From: Octopus sinensis
Lineage: Eukaryota
Assembly: GCF_006345805.1 (NCBI RefSeq)
Contig: NC_042998.1
Span: forward strand, 58,776,001 to 58,840,000
Length of the DNA stretch: 64,000 nucleotides
Direction: 5' to 3'
The translations under genes were made by a program, and so were the position numbers. Of this stretch, positions 38,155 through 52,445 are shown one piece after another. Positions within the stretch are counted from its first letter, which is position 1. Every line of letters begins with the position of its first letter. The notes under the pieces were generated by a model that worked only from the letters and a program-made list of their open reading frames with translations, searched no databases and was not told the DNA's origin.

Positions 38155-40292
38155 ACCTCCTCCTCCTCCTCCTCCTCCTCCTCCTCTCCTTCTTCTTCTT
38201 CTTCTTCTTCTTCTTCTTCTTCTTCTTCTTCTTCTTCTTCTTCTTCTTCTTCTTCTTCTTCTTCTTCTTCTTCTTCCTCTTCTCCTCATCTTCTTCTTCC
38301 TCCTCTTCTCCTCGTCCACTTCCTCCCCTTCTTCCTCCTCTTCTCCTCGTCCTCGTGCACTTCCTCTTCTTTTTCCCCTCTTCTTCTTCTTCTTCTTCCT
38401 CCTCCCCTTCTTTTTCCTCCTTTTCTTCTTCTTCCTCCTCTTCTTCTTCCTCCTCTTCTCCTCGTCCTCGTCCACTTCCTATTCTTTTTCCTCCTTTTCT
38501 TCTTCTTCCTCTTCCTCATCTTCTTCTTCCTCCTCTTCCTCTTCTTCTCCTCGTCCTCTTCCTCTTCCACTTCCTCTTCCACTTCATCTTCCACTTCTTC
38601 TTCCCCTTCTTCTCCTCGTTCTCGTCCACTTCCTCTTCTTCTTCTTCCCCTTCTTCTCCTCGTTCTCGTCCACTTCCTCTTCTTCTTCTTCCCCTTCTTC
38701 TCCTCGTTATCGTCCACTTCCTCCTCTTCTCCTTCCTCCTCTCTCCTTCCTCCTCTTCTCCTTCCTCCTCTTCTCCTTCCTCCTCTTCTCCTCGTCCTCG
38801 TCCTCTTCCTCTTCTTCTTCCTCCTCTTCTTCTTCCTCCTCTTCACCTCGTCCCCGTCCTCTTCCTCTTCTTCTTATTCCTCCTCTTCTCCTCGTCCTCT
38901 TCCTCTTCTTTTTCTTCCGCCTCCTCTTCTCCTTCCTCCTCTTCTCCTCCTCCTCGTCCTCTTCCTCTTCTTCTTCCTCCTCCTCCTCTTCTCCTTCCTC
39001 CACTTCTCCTCGTCCTCTTCTTCTTCCTCCTCTTCTTCTTCCTTCTCCTCTTCTTCCTCCTCCTCTTCTCCTCGTCCTCGTCGTCTTCCTCTTCTTCTTC
39101 TTCCTCCTACTCTCTTCTTCTTCTTCCTCCTCCTCTCTTCTTCTTCGTCCTCTTCTCCTCGTCCTCGTCCTCTTCCTCTCCTTCCTCCTCCTCCTCCTCT
39201 TCTCCTTCCTCCACTTCTCCTCGTCCTCGTCCTCTTCTTCTTCCTCCTCTTCTTCTTCTCCTCTTCTTCTCCTCCTCTTCTCCTCGTCCTCGTCGTCTTC
39301 CTCTTCTTCTTCTTCCTCCTACTCTCTTCTTCTTCTTCCTCCTCTTCACCTCGTCCCCGTCCTCTTCCTCTTCTTCTTATTCCTCCTCTTCTCCTCGTCT
39401 CGTCCTCGTCCTCTTCCTCTTCTTTTTCTTCCGCCTCCTCTTCTCCTTCCTCCTCTTCTCCTCCTCCTCGTCCTCTTCTCTTCTTCTTCTTCTCCTCCTC
39501 CTCTTCTCCTTCCTCCACTTCTCCTCGTCCTCTTCTTCTTCTTCCTCCTCTTCTTCTTCTCCTCCTCCTCTTCTTCCTCCTCCTCTTCTCCTCGTCTCGT
39601 CGTCTTCCTCTTCTTCTTCTCCTCCTCTTCTCCTTCCTCCTCTTCTCCTCCTCTCTTCTTCTTCGTCCTCTTCTCCTCGTCCTCGTCCTCTTCCTCTCCT
39701 TCCTCCTCGTCCTCGTCCTCGTCCACCTCGTCGTCTTCCTTCTCCACTTCCTCCTCGTCCTCGTCCTCCTCGTCGTCTTCCTTCTCCTCGTCCTTGTCCT
39801 CCTCGTCGTCTTCCTTCTCCTCTTCCCCCTCGTCCTCGTCCTCGTCCTCCTAGCCGTCTTCCTTCTCCTCTTCCTCCTCCTCCTCGTCCTCCTCGTCGTC
39901 TTCCTTCTCCTCGTCCTCGTCCTCGTCCCGCTCGTCGTCTTCCTTCTCCTCTTCCTCCTCGTCCTCGTCCTCGTCCTCCTCGTCGTTTTCCTCGTCCCCT
40001 TCCTCTTCGACCTCGTCTTCGTCCTCGTCCTCCTCGTCGTCTTCCTTCTTCTCTTCCTCCTCGTCCTCCTCATCTTCTTTCTTCTCCTCATCTTCTTTCT
40101 TCTCCTCGTCCTCGTCCTCCTCATCTTCTTCCTTCTCCTTGTCGTCGTCGTCGTTGTCGTCCTTTTTCTTCTTCTTCTTCTTCTTCTTCTTCTTCTTCTT
40201 CTTCTTCTCTTCTTTTTCTTCTTCTTCTTCTTCTTCTTCTTTTTCTCTTCTTCTTCTTCTTCTTCTTCTTCTTCTTCTTCTTCTTCTTCTTC
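38155..40292. repeat. 2.1-kb polypyrimidine trinucleotide mosaic (CTT/CCT/CTC/CGT)
   Basis: Almost no A on the + strand; recurring higher-order blocks such as ctcctcttctcctcgtcctcgtcc. Confidence 0.95.
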
Positions 40293-42379
40293 TCATGCCG
40301 TAAAATCAGTAAGTTTGCACGTCCTGATGTCACTGAATCGTTTTGTATTGTCAACAAACATCATCTAAAGAGAGAAGTTATTCTTCGATGAATAAATACA
40401 ACAGCGTATAGCACAATCACTTGCATAGCAGTCGGAAAACGTGTTAAAAATGGATAAGCACATCATTGTGCTGATTCTAGCTGTTTTACGTGCTCATAAT
40501 AATTTGACGTTGTGTTGTATTATGCTGCAATTACCATTTACCGAGAGATAAACGTATCAGAAATCACTGTAAATGATATCACAAACCTAAATGGTTTGCT
40601 TCTCTTTAAAGCGAAGGAAAAGCAGAACAATTAGATACTCATATTAGTTGCAAGGTGAATAATGAATAAACACAAAGCGCTAGCTACGGCTTTATGATAG
40701 ACTGTACAAAATTTACGTAACTGCGGACGAGGGTTACCAAAAATAGATTACCATAAGCACGAACAACGAACGACACATCAAAGTTTTGTTCTTGTAGGAA
40801 ATTCAAGAACGTAGGCCTATCACTCGTAAGGTTGCAATGAACTTACAAACTGTACCTTGCAGCATGAAAGGTCACACCGTTGAGGTTGTAAATGTTATCC
40901 ATCTTCTATGACTGATATCTGTCAATTCTGAATTTTCAGAGATAAGTGAACCAAAAGAGAAAGCTTTTGCATTGTCAGCCAATCTGTAAGAAATAACAAC
41001 CAAATCCCCCTGGTATCACATCTGACCGTCTCAAAAACAAGGGAAGGATACATTAAATAATGTAGTCTTTGATACACACTCTGTGTAATAAAAACCGGAA
41101 TGGAGACGACTGGGCTGTTCTGATCATACAAGACTGACTTTTTGGAGGATAAACGAAACCATTGCCGCCACCAAAATCACCCTATCAGACCCCAACTGCT
41201 AAGAAGAAGGAGAATAATAATAACAGCTACAACAACAGAAAAAACATCAACGTCAGTAACAAAACTGAAAGCCAAGATCGTGGAAGCAATTTTGTTCCAT
41301 ATGAAAACCATTTCACGAAATTTTCGCCATCAAGCATTTTAATGTAGTCGCTTAAACTGCAAGAAATAGCAGCCAAATCTTCTTTAAGTTATACTATGCC
41401 ATCTTTTAGAGAAAACTTATGACATTGTATTACTTATTCATAGCTACTTTAATAGACGGTGGGGCGGAGGTAGTAATAACGAGTTCTTTTGATCTTCACG
41501 GATCTTCTCGTTTCAAGCTTAATCTAGATTAAGCAACAACAACATGAACATCATCATCATCAGCAAAAAGAGCAAGACTCGAAACCCTTCTTAATTTCCT
41601 TATCCAACTTACCCTCCTGATATGTAGGGCCTTTGTGTCTAGTCAATATTAAATATTGAGTGTGATATAATATTCAAGTTAAAATTACTTCTATTCAAGT
41701 CTATGATTTCAGTGTTTTCACTCTTAGTTAATAACCTGCAGCATTTTTGAAGGGGGATATGTATTCCTTCATATTGGACAATATCTCCCCTAGTCCATTA
41801 CAAAGTTAATCATTTCGAACACAGACACACACAAACAAATACACACGCGCACACACACATGCCTATCTGTCTGTTTGTATGTAAGTATGTGAGCGTGCAT
41901 GTATGCAGGTATAAATGCATATATGCGCATGTATAGTTTCTCGATTATCTTATTTCAAGTATCGTCAATGTGCACGTTATGAAATTTCGAAATAGCGAAT
42001 GTTGGCTGTTTGATAAATCCGATGGCTACTTACGCCAATATCTGTTGGCAGTTTCCTTTCAATGACTATCTTACCAACAGCTATTTCAAGATGAGATCTA
42101 ATAAACGATTTGTAATAAATAACGTAATAACTATCCTTGTGGCAAATATCAAAAGCTTCTTTCATCTTTCCAAAGATCCCGTTTTCTACCCTCCAAACAT
42201 CCCAGATGTCTTTTCTTTGTATTCGACGTAGTGGATAAGGATTATCTGTTCGTGAATGAGCAAGCTTCAATCATAGTTTTCTTAGTATATTGAAATATTT
42301 CTTACAAATAGTGAAAAAATAAAATTAAATATCAAAGACAGAAGCCTTATGAAAGCGCTAGAATATAGTTTCTGACTTT

Positions 42380-43092
42380 GGCGTGTCCAACAATTTTGAG
42401 CGGGAGGGAATAAATGGATATTATTGACTCAATGCTTGATTCGCACTTTATTTTATCGACGCAGGAAAGCTGAAGGGCAACTTTGAGCTCGGGGAGATTT
42501 GAACTCAGACCGTAAAGAGCCGAAACAAATTCTGCAAAGTGCTTTTTCTTCTAATATTATAAAGATTCTGTAAGTTGACCACCTTACGAAAACGCAAGAT
42601 ATTCCTTTCTACTATAGACACAAGGGCTGAAATTTCGGGGGAGTGGGTAAGTCGATTGTATCAACGACAGTGCTCAATTGGTCCTTATTTTATAGATCTC
42701 AGAAAGGATGAAAGGAAAAGTCGACCTTGGCTGAATTTGAACTGAGATCGTAAAGACGGACAAGATACCTATTTCTTTATTACCCACAAGGGGCTAAACA
42801 TAGAGACGACAAACAAGGACAGATAAACGGATTAAGTCAAATATATCGACCCCAGTGCGTAACTGGTAATTATTTAATCGACCCCGAAAGGATGAAAGGC
42901 AAAGTCAGCCTCGGCGGAATTTGAACTCAGAACGTAGCGACAGACGAAATATCTATTTCTTTACTACCCACAAGAGGCTAAACAAAGAGGGGACAAACAC
43001 GGACAGACAAACGGATTAAGTCGATTACATCGACCCCAGTGCGTAAGTGGTACTTAATTTATCGACTTCGAAAGGATGAAAGGCAAAGTCGA
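42380..43092 (-). mobile_element. SINE-B cluster: two older copies plus a young truncated dimer
   Basis: Tandem bodies at about 42768-42948 and 42949-43092, joined at gaaata|gatatttcgtc and sitting on the aagacggacaagatacc motif of an older SINE. Confidence 0.75.
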
Positions 43093-43748
43093 TCTCGTTT
43101 ACTATTTTGCTTGTGTGGACCGCTAGGGGTCATATGGACCCCGTCTGAGGACCACTGCTTTAGTTAATAATTTTCATTAAACAAATATACGACGGTGTAG
43201 CATGTAATTTCTGTTAGTAGAAATACGAGAAAGTGCCTCATGCTATTCTTTTATTTCTTTCAGTCATTTGACGGCGGCCACGCTGGAGCATCACCTTTAG
43301 TCGAGTAAATCGACTCCAGGACTTGTTCTATGTTCAAGATTTCTTCAACTTCCGTTTTAGGTTTCGAAAATGCATTTTAAATACTTCTAGTACATTTAAG
43401 TTACTTGGGATTTTTATTAAGTATTCTCTTGGCGAAACCTTATATTTATTTTTAGATGAATTAAGATGCGAACGTGAAGTACATATGCGTCTGTTACCAC
43501 ACACACACACAAACACACACACACACAAGCAGTTACACGGATATGTATGTGCATATATATACATTATATGCATTAAAAGTATATATTATAACTACATATA
43601 AATGTATTTAGATATACGAATGTGCGTTTTTATGTATGTATATATATAATATATATACGGTATATTTCTTTACCTTCAAATATATATATATATATATTAT
43701 ATATATATATATATAATATACACACATATATATATGTATGTATGTATG

Positions 43749-43794
<46 letters not shown>

Positions 43795-44665
43795 ATAATA
43801 TATATATATATATATGTACATAAATATATACATATATATATAGATATGTGTGTGTGTGTGTGAGTGTGTGTGTGTGTGTGCGTGTGTGTGTATGTGTGCG
43901 TATACGTGTCTGTAGCTATACATTATATATCCAGCTGATGATTTACGAGAAACATCACCATATAATGGATAGATTCCACGTCTGATTTTGTTAATGATGA
44001 AAGACGAAGTCAATACTGGCATGTTTTGAAGTTAGATGAACCAGACCCTGATTTAGAAAGTACAAAGCTACCATTACAGTTCTCTATCTCTTCTACTTCC
44101 TCTATCTTTTTCTGTATATATATATATATATATATAACAATTTAGGAATGGCCTAGACAGGCCATTCGTCCACTAGAAAGAGCAGCCATAACTCCAACCG
44201 CCAAGTAGTGTAATTCGGAAATAAGGTGAAAATTTAAAAACATTTACCCTAATTCATCTTTTATACGATGCATCGTTTCAGTGTCTTTAGGCCGCTGGTA
44301 GCGATAAATTTTTACTGAATTTTTTGCTACCCTAAATTGATTAATAAATATAATATATATATAATTATATATATATACATACACATACATATATATATAT
44401 GCATACACACACACATATATATATACATACACATATATATAGCATACGCGCACACACACACCACACACACACACACACTATATATATATATATATATATA
44501 TACACATACACATATATATATATGCACACACACACACATATATACACACACACACACATATATATACACATATTCACACACATATCTATCTTCTATCTAT
44601 CTATCTATCTATCTCTTTCTCTCTATATGTATATATACATATCTTTATATATACATCTCTCTCTC

Positions 44666-44710
<45 letters not shown>

Positions 44711-44721
44711 GTGTGTGTGTA

Positions 44722-44752
<31 letters not shown>

Positions 44753-45025
44753 ATACCTCTCACACGCATACATACATATGCACATACTCTCACACATATA
44801 TACGTCCGGCCAGTTTGTTTATCCAGCTAGGAACAGGAGTGTTTGTCAGTCCATGGATATATATATGCGTACCCATATATACATACATGCATGCATACGC
44901 AAATGAATAGACTGAAGGAGAGACACAGATACATTTATAGAGGGTGAGATGTAAATTCCTCTATTTACATAATATCTAGGTCTCTTTCCTTCTTACCACT
45001 TCTATCAATATATATATAAATATAT

Positions 45026-45686
45026 GTAAGCCCTGCCAATATACACATATATTAGAATTTTCTCTGACTCCTCAGATTTTTGTATGCTGGACTACTGGTT
45101 TTAAATTGATATTAAAATTAATATTAATTTATCTCCCTCATTATTATTTAAATATTGAAATAAATACGTTCTCTAGTACTAGGCACGAACCGCAGTGAAT
45201 TATTTACTGCAGCCCTTCGCCTCATAAATTTATTAGCGCGCCAGAGCCAAGACATTTGAAATTTTATCACTAGTGTAATCGGTAAAGCTACACACGTGTC
45301 TGTACCGGCACGAAAGCTGGGGTTGGCTTTTCCGTTTACATTACTATGAACGGATGCACTGAAGAAGCACGGACATTTGGATTGCATAAGTAATTCTCTT
45401 GTTAAGGCTGAAACCGAGGTATGCATTTAATTCTGTTTTTTATATAAATTTTCATCTGTCATGCCCGCCAAAATTGGTTCTGGTGTTCGCTGTATTTTTC
45501 CTCTAGAGAATTTCCTTGTAGTTTGACCGTTGATGGTCTATTTCTAGCATATGGCCGACTCCCTAGCAGTAAGCCCTGCCAATATACACATATTTAGAAT
45601 TTTCTCTGACTCCTCAGATTTTTTTATGCTGGACTACTGGTTTTAAATTGATATTAAAATTAATATTAATTTATCTCCCTCATTAT

Positions 45687-45688
<2 letters not shown>
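45026..45688 (+). mobile_element. (TA)n-flanked, terminally redundant 543-bp unit with hammerhead
   Basis: 45026-45147 is nearly identical to 45569-45688; the spacer contains the hammerhead at 45352-45428. Confidence 0.7.
45352..45428 (+). ncRNA. Type I hammerhead ribozyme
   Basis: GGATGCA-CTGAAGA-AGC...GCT-GAAAC-CGAG-GTA^TGCATTT: 7-bp stem I (2 G-U) and an intact core. Confidence 0.65.
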
Positions 45689-45718
<30 letters not shown>

Positions 45719-45755
45719 CACAATATATATATATATATATACAATATATATATAT

Positions 45756-45808
<53 letters not shown>

Positions 45809-45859
45809 TATAAATTCTTAATTCTTAAAAATGTTTCAGTCCGAAAGCTGCGGCCATGC

Positions 45860-47215
45860 TGGGGCACCACCGTTGAATGAGCTACACTAGTATGTGAAAC
45901 CACCTCTGATACGTAGCACTTGGTCAACAAGGGAGTTCGACACCACTGCCCGCATCTGTGTTACCTGCCGAGAGGTAGGTTCATCTGGAACCCCTGACAA
46001 GAAGAGATCCAGTTTAGTTTTAAAGAAACCTACATCCACACCATGCAGGTCTCTCAGACATTTAGGGAGAATATTAAAGAGCTGTGGTCCCCTGAAACCC
46101 AAGCAGTTGCAATATCCAGTCCTGTATTTTGATGGTGATGTTGGGATCTTTGGCACCATGCAGTGGCACCCCGTTCTGCTGTTGGGATAACTTTCAATGC
46201 CAAAATTTGGGACAAGGCTCTCCAGGATTTTCCAGATGTATATCACTGCATATCTCTCCTGTTTTTGCTCCAGGGAGAAGTGTTTTAATACTTTCAATCT
46301 TTCCCAGTAGCTGATATGTTGCATTGAGACGATCTTCTTAGTGTAGCTTCGTTGGATTGCTTCGAGTTCTGCTGTTAACTTTATAATGTGTGGTGACCAT
46401 AGTTGGGAGTAGTAGTCCAAGCAAATGACGAATGTCTTCCAAAGGACCATCAGTGTCTCCTTCTCTCTTGTTCTGAAAGTTCGAAGGATCCATCCAACTA
46501 GCCACCTGCATTTTATTACCAAATTGGCAATAGGTACTTGGAAAGATGCATCATTGCTCATATCAATGCCCAGGTCACGCACTGATTTTGACTCAGGAAT
46601 TGCAGTTCTTCCCGGGCCAGTGTATCCAGTCTGCATGTCGTTTACCTTTGTGTGCCGGTAGCGCAGGGCTTGGAACTTCCTGCATTAAACTGCATGTTGT
46701 TGTCCTCAGCCCACCTGTATATTGTATCCTACTCCCGTTGCTGATGTGCAATATTTGCAGGGTTTTGTATTGTCTGAGAGACTTTTGTATCATCTGCATA
46801 GCAAGCAAGGGTGGCCATCTTAGCAACTGAGGTCATGTCTGAAAGGGCCACTATGAACAGCAGTGGCCTTAAGACAGTGCCCTGTGGAACACCATTTGTT
46901 ATTTGGGTGGCTCCATTGGCCATCACTGCCTGCTTTCTATCTTTTAGGAAGTTATGCAGCCACTCTCCAAGTTTTCCGCTTATGCCGAGATCACGCAGTT
47001 TGTGACAGAACATATCATGGTCGACTTTATCAAAAGCTTCTGTAAAGTCGAGATATATCACATCCACATTTAGTAGCTGAACCATTTAGTAGCTGTTTTA
47101 ACACTCAGGCATAGTATTGCAGGAGCTGTGTTAGACAGCTTCTACTTGGTCGAAATCCGTGCTGGGTGTCAGTCAGCAAGTCATTTTCTTCAAGGAACAT
47201 GATTAATTTCTTGCG
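45860..47215 (-). mobile_element. Degenerate CR1-clade LINE (RT and C-terminus)
   Basis: GFRPSRSCLTQLL, DVIYLDFTEAFDKVDH, GVPQGTVLRPLLF, CYADDTK, WILRTFRTRE, GPQLFNILP. Confidence 0.9.
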
Positions 47216-47255
47216 GGCTATTCATTCCATGTATGTATATATATATATACACACA

Positions 47256-47328
<73 letters not shown>

Positions 47329-48526
47329 TTGTATATGTATGCATATGTATATATACTTATACATACAAATGTATGTATGCACGTATATATATATATGCAT
47401 GTATGCATCTATCTTCATTTGAGGTTTTTATACTATATTTACCTATATGTTTATACATACATATAAAGCTATATTCGACTATGTCCCTATGTGTGTGCAT
47501 GTGTGTGTGTGTATGTGTGTGTGTGTGTATGTGTGTGTGTGTGTATGTGTGTCTGTGTATGTGTGTGTATATGTGTGTGTGTATGATTGTGTTTATTTGT
47601 GCGTATGCGTGTCGTGCGTGAGCGTCACGCAGGTATAACCGTGTACATGCGTTTCTGTGTGAGTTTGCATGCGTTCGTCAGTATAAGAAGCATCTCTATA
47701 TTACTGTAGTAGGGCAATTAACATTTACTCTTAATGTCTGTTTTTGTAACACTTTGGCCCCGAGACATGACATCCTTTTCCAAATCTATTTCAAGTAATC
47801 ATTTGCTCTATATGTAGCTGTTGTTGTATTTGGTATTCTGATATCAGTTGGCAGACTCGCAGACTTATCTCAACTTTTATCTCACAAAACGACCTTTCCA
47901 TACAGTTTCTTGTACAGTATAATATATTTAATTCCATTTTATTTTCTCCACGCCTTTTTAATGTGGTAGTATTATTTTTTTTCTGTTTCTTTAAGTGTTG
48001 GTGCTAGACTTACTTTAGTATTCAACAAATAGTAAACCAATAAAGTTAGAATAATTTATCCTCCAATTTGGTAATGAATATGCCATAGAACAGATAACAG
48101 ATTGTAAATAAGAAATAGTTCTAGTGATATCAACAAAGGTGCTTCAGTTGAAAGATTAAAAATAGTAAATTCTTGCGTATATATAGAGCTTTGAAATTTT
48201 AAAGCTGTCACTAAATAGAAATACCACACAATAAACAAACCTTAAAAATATCTGGTGTTTAAAAATGAAGCACGACCTGACAGCTACACTGATTACTATA
48301 CAGTTAATACAAAGTATGGCAGAGTGTGTGAGATATGGTTGTTTTAACAAAATAGACGAGTATCATAGCTGTTCAGTGGTTTATGGTAACAGCCCAGTGG
48401 ACGGCAGAATAGTGGTTCAATTCTTTGGAGAATGCTGGTAACTTTTTTTTCTGTGTATGGGCTATATTTATCCGATATGTTATGTGCTATTGTTTGTGTG
48501 CGTGTGTGTTCGCGCGCCGCGCGCGC

Positions 48527-48557
<31 letters not shown>

Positions 48558-49103
48558 GACTAAACATATTTTTAAAATTTCTTGATTCTTCCAACAAAAT
48601 CCTACACAAATAGACATGCGAGTCTAGGCCGAATGTGGGATCCTCTACATGGTCGCACGGCCTGCTAAGAATAGCAGGCAAATCCATTTTGTCACCTGAA
48701 ATCACATCCATCGTCTCAAAATAAAGAAAGAGACACGTCAGACCATGCGGTCGTAGATGCCCATAAAAAGATTTCTAAACTGGGGTTAAGCAACAAGAAG
48801 AACAAAGACGGCAGCATAGATTATTAGGTTCCATCTTATCGCCCACTGCCACCGAATACCTCTGCACTGGAAATCAGTTCATAAGCCTTGACCGGACCTA
48901 CACAACAAATATGATAACAATAGGAACAACAACACAAAAACACGACTGTTCATGATATTATGAACAGCAAGGAATATTGACCGCTTTTCATCTATTGTTT
49001 TTTTTCTCTTTTTCTTTTTGAATGACGAGTCTAAAATTTCAAATTAGCAAAACTGAATGAATTTATAAAAGTATGCGATATAAAAAAAATATAAATATAA
49101 ATA

Positions 49104-49520
49104 GGCGCAGGAGTGGCTGTGTGGTAAGTAGCTTGTTTACCAACCACATGGTTCCGGGTTCAGTCCCATTGCGTAGCACTTTGGGCAAGTGTCTTCTACT
49201 ATAGCCTCGGGCCGACCAAAGCCTTGTGAGTGGATTTGGTAGACGGAAACTGAAAGAAGCCCGTCGTATATATGTATATATATATGTATGTGTGTGTTTG
49301 TGTGTCTGTGTTTGTCATCCTAGCATTGCTTGGCAACCGATGCTGGTGTGTTTATGACCTACGTCACTTAGCGGTTCGGCAAAAAGAGACCGATAGAATA
49401 AGTACTGGGCTTACAAAGAATATGTCCCCGGGGTCAAGTTGTTCGATTAAAGGCGGTGCTCCAGCATGGCCGCAGTCAAATGACTGAAACAAGTAAAAGA
49501 GTAAAAGAGTAAAAAGAGTA
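49104..49520 (+). mobile_element. Full-length SINE family A
   Basis: GGCGCAGGAGTGGCTGTGTGG (A box), GGTTCAGTCCC (B box), (GTAAAAGA)n tail. Confidence 0.9.
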
Positions 49521-50071
49521 TAAAGTCGCATGCAGTCGCATTGGATATAATATACGCTTGTAAAATCATATTTAACACGTGCGTGTACTCTTGGACGCGT
49601 GAAGACTTATCGTCGCAGAAATAGTCTCATAAGAAAATTTTCCTCTCAGATGACTATATTTCAGATAAGGTTTAAATTAGAATATTTCATGTTTGTAGAT
49701 CGTTAAATAAATTCTATAAATCCAAATTACTGTAGAATTTAAAAATAATTCAAGGTATTATTAAGTTTGCTGAATTTCAATTTCAGGTCTTTTAAATATA
49801 TTTTTCTCTTTTGTTTTCCTTTCTAGATAGATTATAGATATGAATAATTTTCGATTTTACTACACGCAATTGACAAAGAAAAAAAGAGACAAAATCTTGA
49901 AATAGCTATTCATCCATCAATCTATCCTCCTGTCATGTCCTACATACATATGTACGGACAAACCTATTTACCTACCTACCTACCTACCTACCTACCTACC
50001 TACCTACCTACATACCTACCTACCTACCTACCTACCTACCTACCTACTTACCTACCTACCTACCTACCTAC

Positions 50072-50149
<78 letters not shown>

Positions 50150-50397
50150 CCCATCTTACTTACACACATATACAAACATACACACTCACACGAACACACA
50201 CATATTCATTTATTTTGGCCGAGTCAGTCTTTTTCCTACTCATCTATCTGTGTGTGTCTGTCTGTCTCTCTCTCTCTCTATATATATATGCATATGTGTG
50301 TGTGTGTGTAGGTATATATATATATATATATAGTTAATCCAAACAAGAAAACACAGAAAAAAACACAGCAACGCAAGGACGTGGAACAGTTAAAGTA

Positions 50398-50466
50398 TTA
50401 TTTGACGCTCAGGAAAGAAGGGAAGGAGGGTTAAACGTTTCGAGCGGAGCTCTTCGTCGGAAACAA
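50398..50466 (-). ncRNA. Hammerhead-family repeat with U4-to-C core change
   Basis: TTGTTT-CCGACGA-A-GAGC tcc GCTC-GAAACGTT...AGCGTC^AAATAA. Confidence 0.5.
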
Positions 50467-50914
50467 GGAGAAAGAAAGATCCCGAGAAGAGAAGACAGAG
50501 GAAAAAAATATTTTTGCTGGTGGTGCTCAAGAGATCGCATATATATATATATATATATGTACATATAGCATATATTAAGTAAATGTTAACTAGACACATG
50601 AACGGCACAAGATGTATTCCGATGCATTAATTTAGATATCTAGTTACTGACACTGCTCACAACTGATTACAAATTTATTAAGGGTATCTAAATATACAGG
50701 AGGAAGGAATGTACCCAGATATGTAGGTATGTACGTTATGTATGTTGTGTATGTATGTTATGTATGTATGTTATGTACGTATGTATGTGTGTATGTATGT
50801 TGTATATGTATGCATGTATTTTATGTGTGTATGTATGAATGTATGTTATGGATGTATGTATGTTTTGTATGTATGTATGTAGGTATGTACGTTATGTATG
50901 TTATGTATGTATGT

Positions 50915-51305
50915 GCGTAAGTATGTATAGCTTGCTTACTTACCACATGGTTCCGGGTTCAGTCCCACTGCGTGGCACCTTGGGCAAGTGTCTTCTACTA
51001 TAGCTTCGAGCCGACCAAGGCCTTGTGAGTGGATTTGGTGGACGGAAACTGAAAGAAGCCTGTCGTATATGTATATATATATGCGTGTGTGTGTTTGTGT
51101 GTCTGTGTTTGTCCCCCTAGCATTGCTTGACAACCGATGCTGGTGTGTTTATGTCCCCGTTACTTAGCGGTTCGGCAAAAGAGACCGATAGAATAAGTAC
51201 TGGGCTTACAAAAGAATAAGTCCCGGGGTCGAGTTGCTCGATTAAAGGCGGTGCACCAGCATGGCCACAGCCAAATGACTGAAACAAGTGAAAGAGTAAA
51301 AGAGA
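50915..51305 (+). mobile_element. SINE family A
   Basis: Body and tail match the copy at 49104. Confidence 0.85.
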
Positions 51306-51572
51306 GAGCGAGAGAGAGTATGTATGTTATGTATGTATCTTAAGTATGTATGTATGAATGTATATTATGGATGTATGCATGTATCTTAAGTATGTATGTA
51401 TGCTATGTTTGTATTTTATGTATGTATTATGAATATAACGTATGTATGTATGCATGCATGTATGTATGTAGGAATGCATGCATATATGCACGCGCGCACG
51501 TACGTACCCATTCACGTACGTACGCATGCACGCACGTATGTATGTATGTATGTACGTATGTATGTATACATG

Positions 51573-51606
<34 letters not shown>

Positions 51607-51734
51607 TGCATGTATGTATGAATGTATGTATGTATGTATGTATGTATGTATATACGTATGTATGTATGTATCTATGTAAGTATGTATGCATGTCTGTATA
51701 CATGCTTGGATGCAAGCATACGTAATTTTTTCTT

Positions 51735-52006
51735 TTTTTATTCTTTTACTTGTTTCAGTCATTAGACTGCGGCCATGCTGGGGTACCGCCTTGAAATTTT
51801 AGTCAAATGAATTGATTCCAGAACTCTTTTTAAAGCCTGGTACTTATTCTATCGTTCTTTTTTGCCGAACTGCTAGATATGGCGACGTAAACACACCAAT
51901 ACACCAAGTGGCGGTAGGGGATAAACATAGACACAGGCACACACTCATACATACAGATATATAACACACACACACCACACACACACACACCACACACACA
52001 CACACA

Positions 52007-52081
<75 letters not shown>

Positions 52082-52181
52082 TAGGCGTGGCAACTGTGTC
52101 TTCTACTATAGCCTCGGGCCGACCAAAGCCTTGGGAGTGGATTTAGTTGACGGACATTGAAAGAAACCCGTCGTATATATG

Positions 52182-52213
<32 letters not shown>

Positions 52214-52445
52214 CGTGTGCGTGTGTGTGTGTGTGTATGTTTGTGTGCCTCTGTTTGTCCCCCCAACATCGCTTGACAACCGATGTTGGTGTGTTTACGT
52301 CTCCGTAACTTAGCAGCTCGACAAAAGAGACCGATAGAATAAGTACTAGGCTTGCAAAGAGTAAGTCCTGGGGTCGATTTGCTCGACTAAAGGCGGTGCT
52401 CCAGCATGGTCACAGTCACATGACTGAAACAAGTAAAAGAGTAAA
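51735..52445. mobile_element. Two SINE-A fragments in opposite orientation (about 51735-51950 on -, about 52083-52445 on +)
   Basis: cttgtttcagtcattagactgcggccatgc on the left and gactgaaacaagtaaaagagt on the right, separated by (CA)/(TA) repeats. Confidence 0.75.

Noticed and set aside
38074-40391. 764-, 752- and 416-aa ORFs
   Set aside because: They are stop-free only because the tract lacks A on one strand; the products are low-complexity with no domain or splice support.
44255-44295. GAAAC-GATGCATC-GTA on - (12-bp palindrome) as a hammerhead
   Set aside because: The upstream core is CTAAAGA with no stem II and no stem I complementarity.
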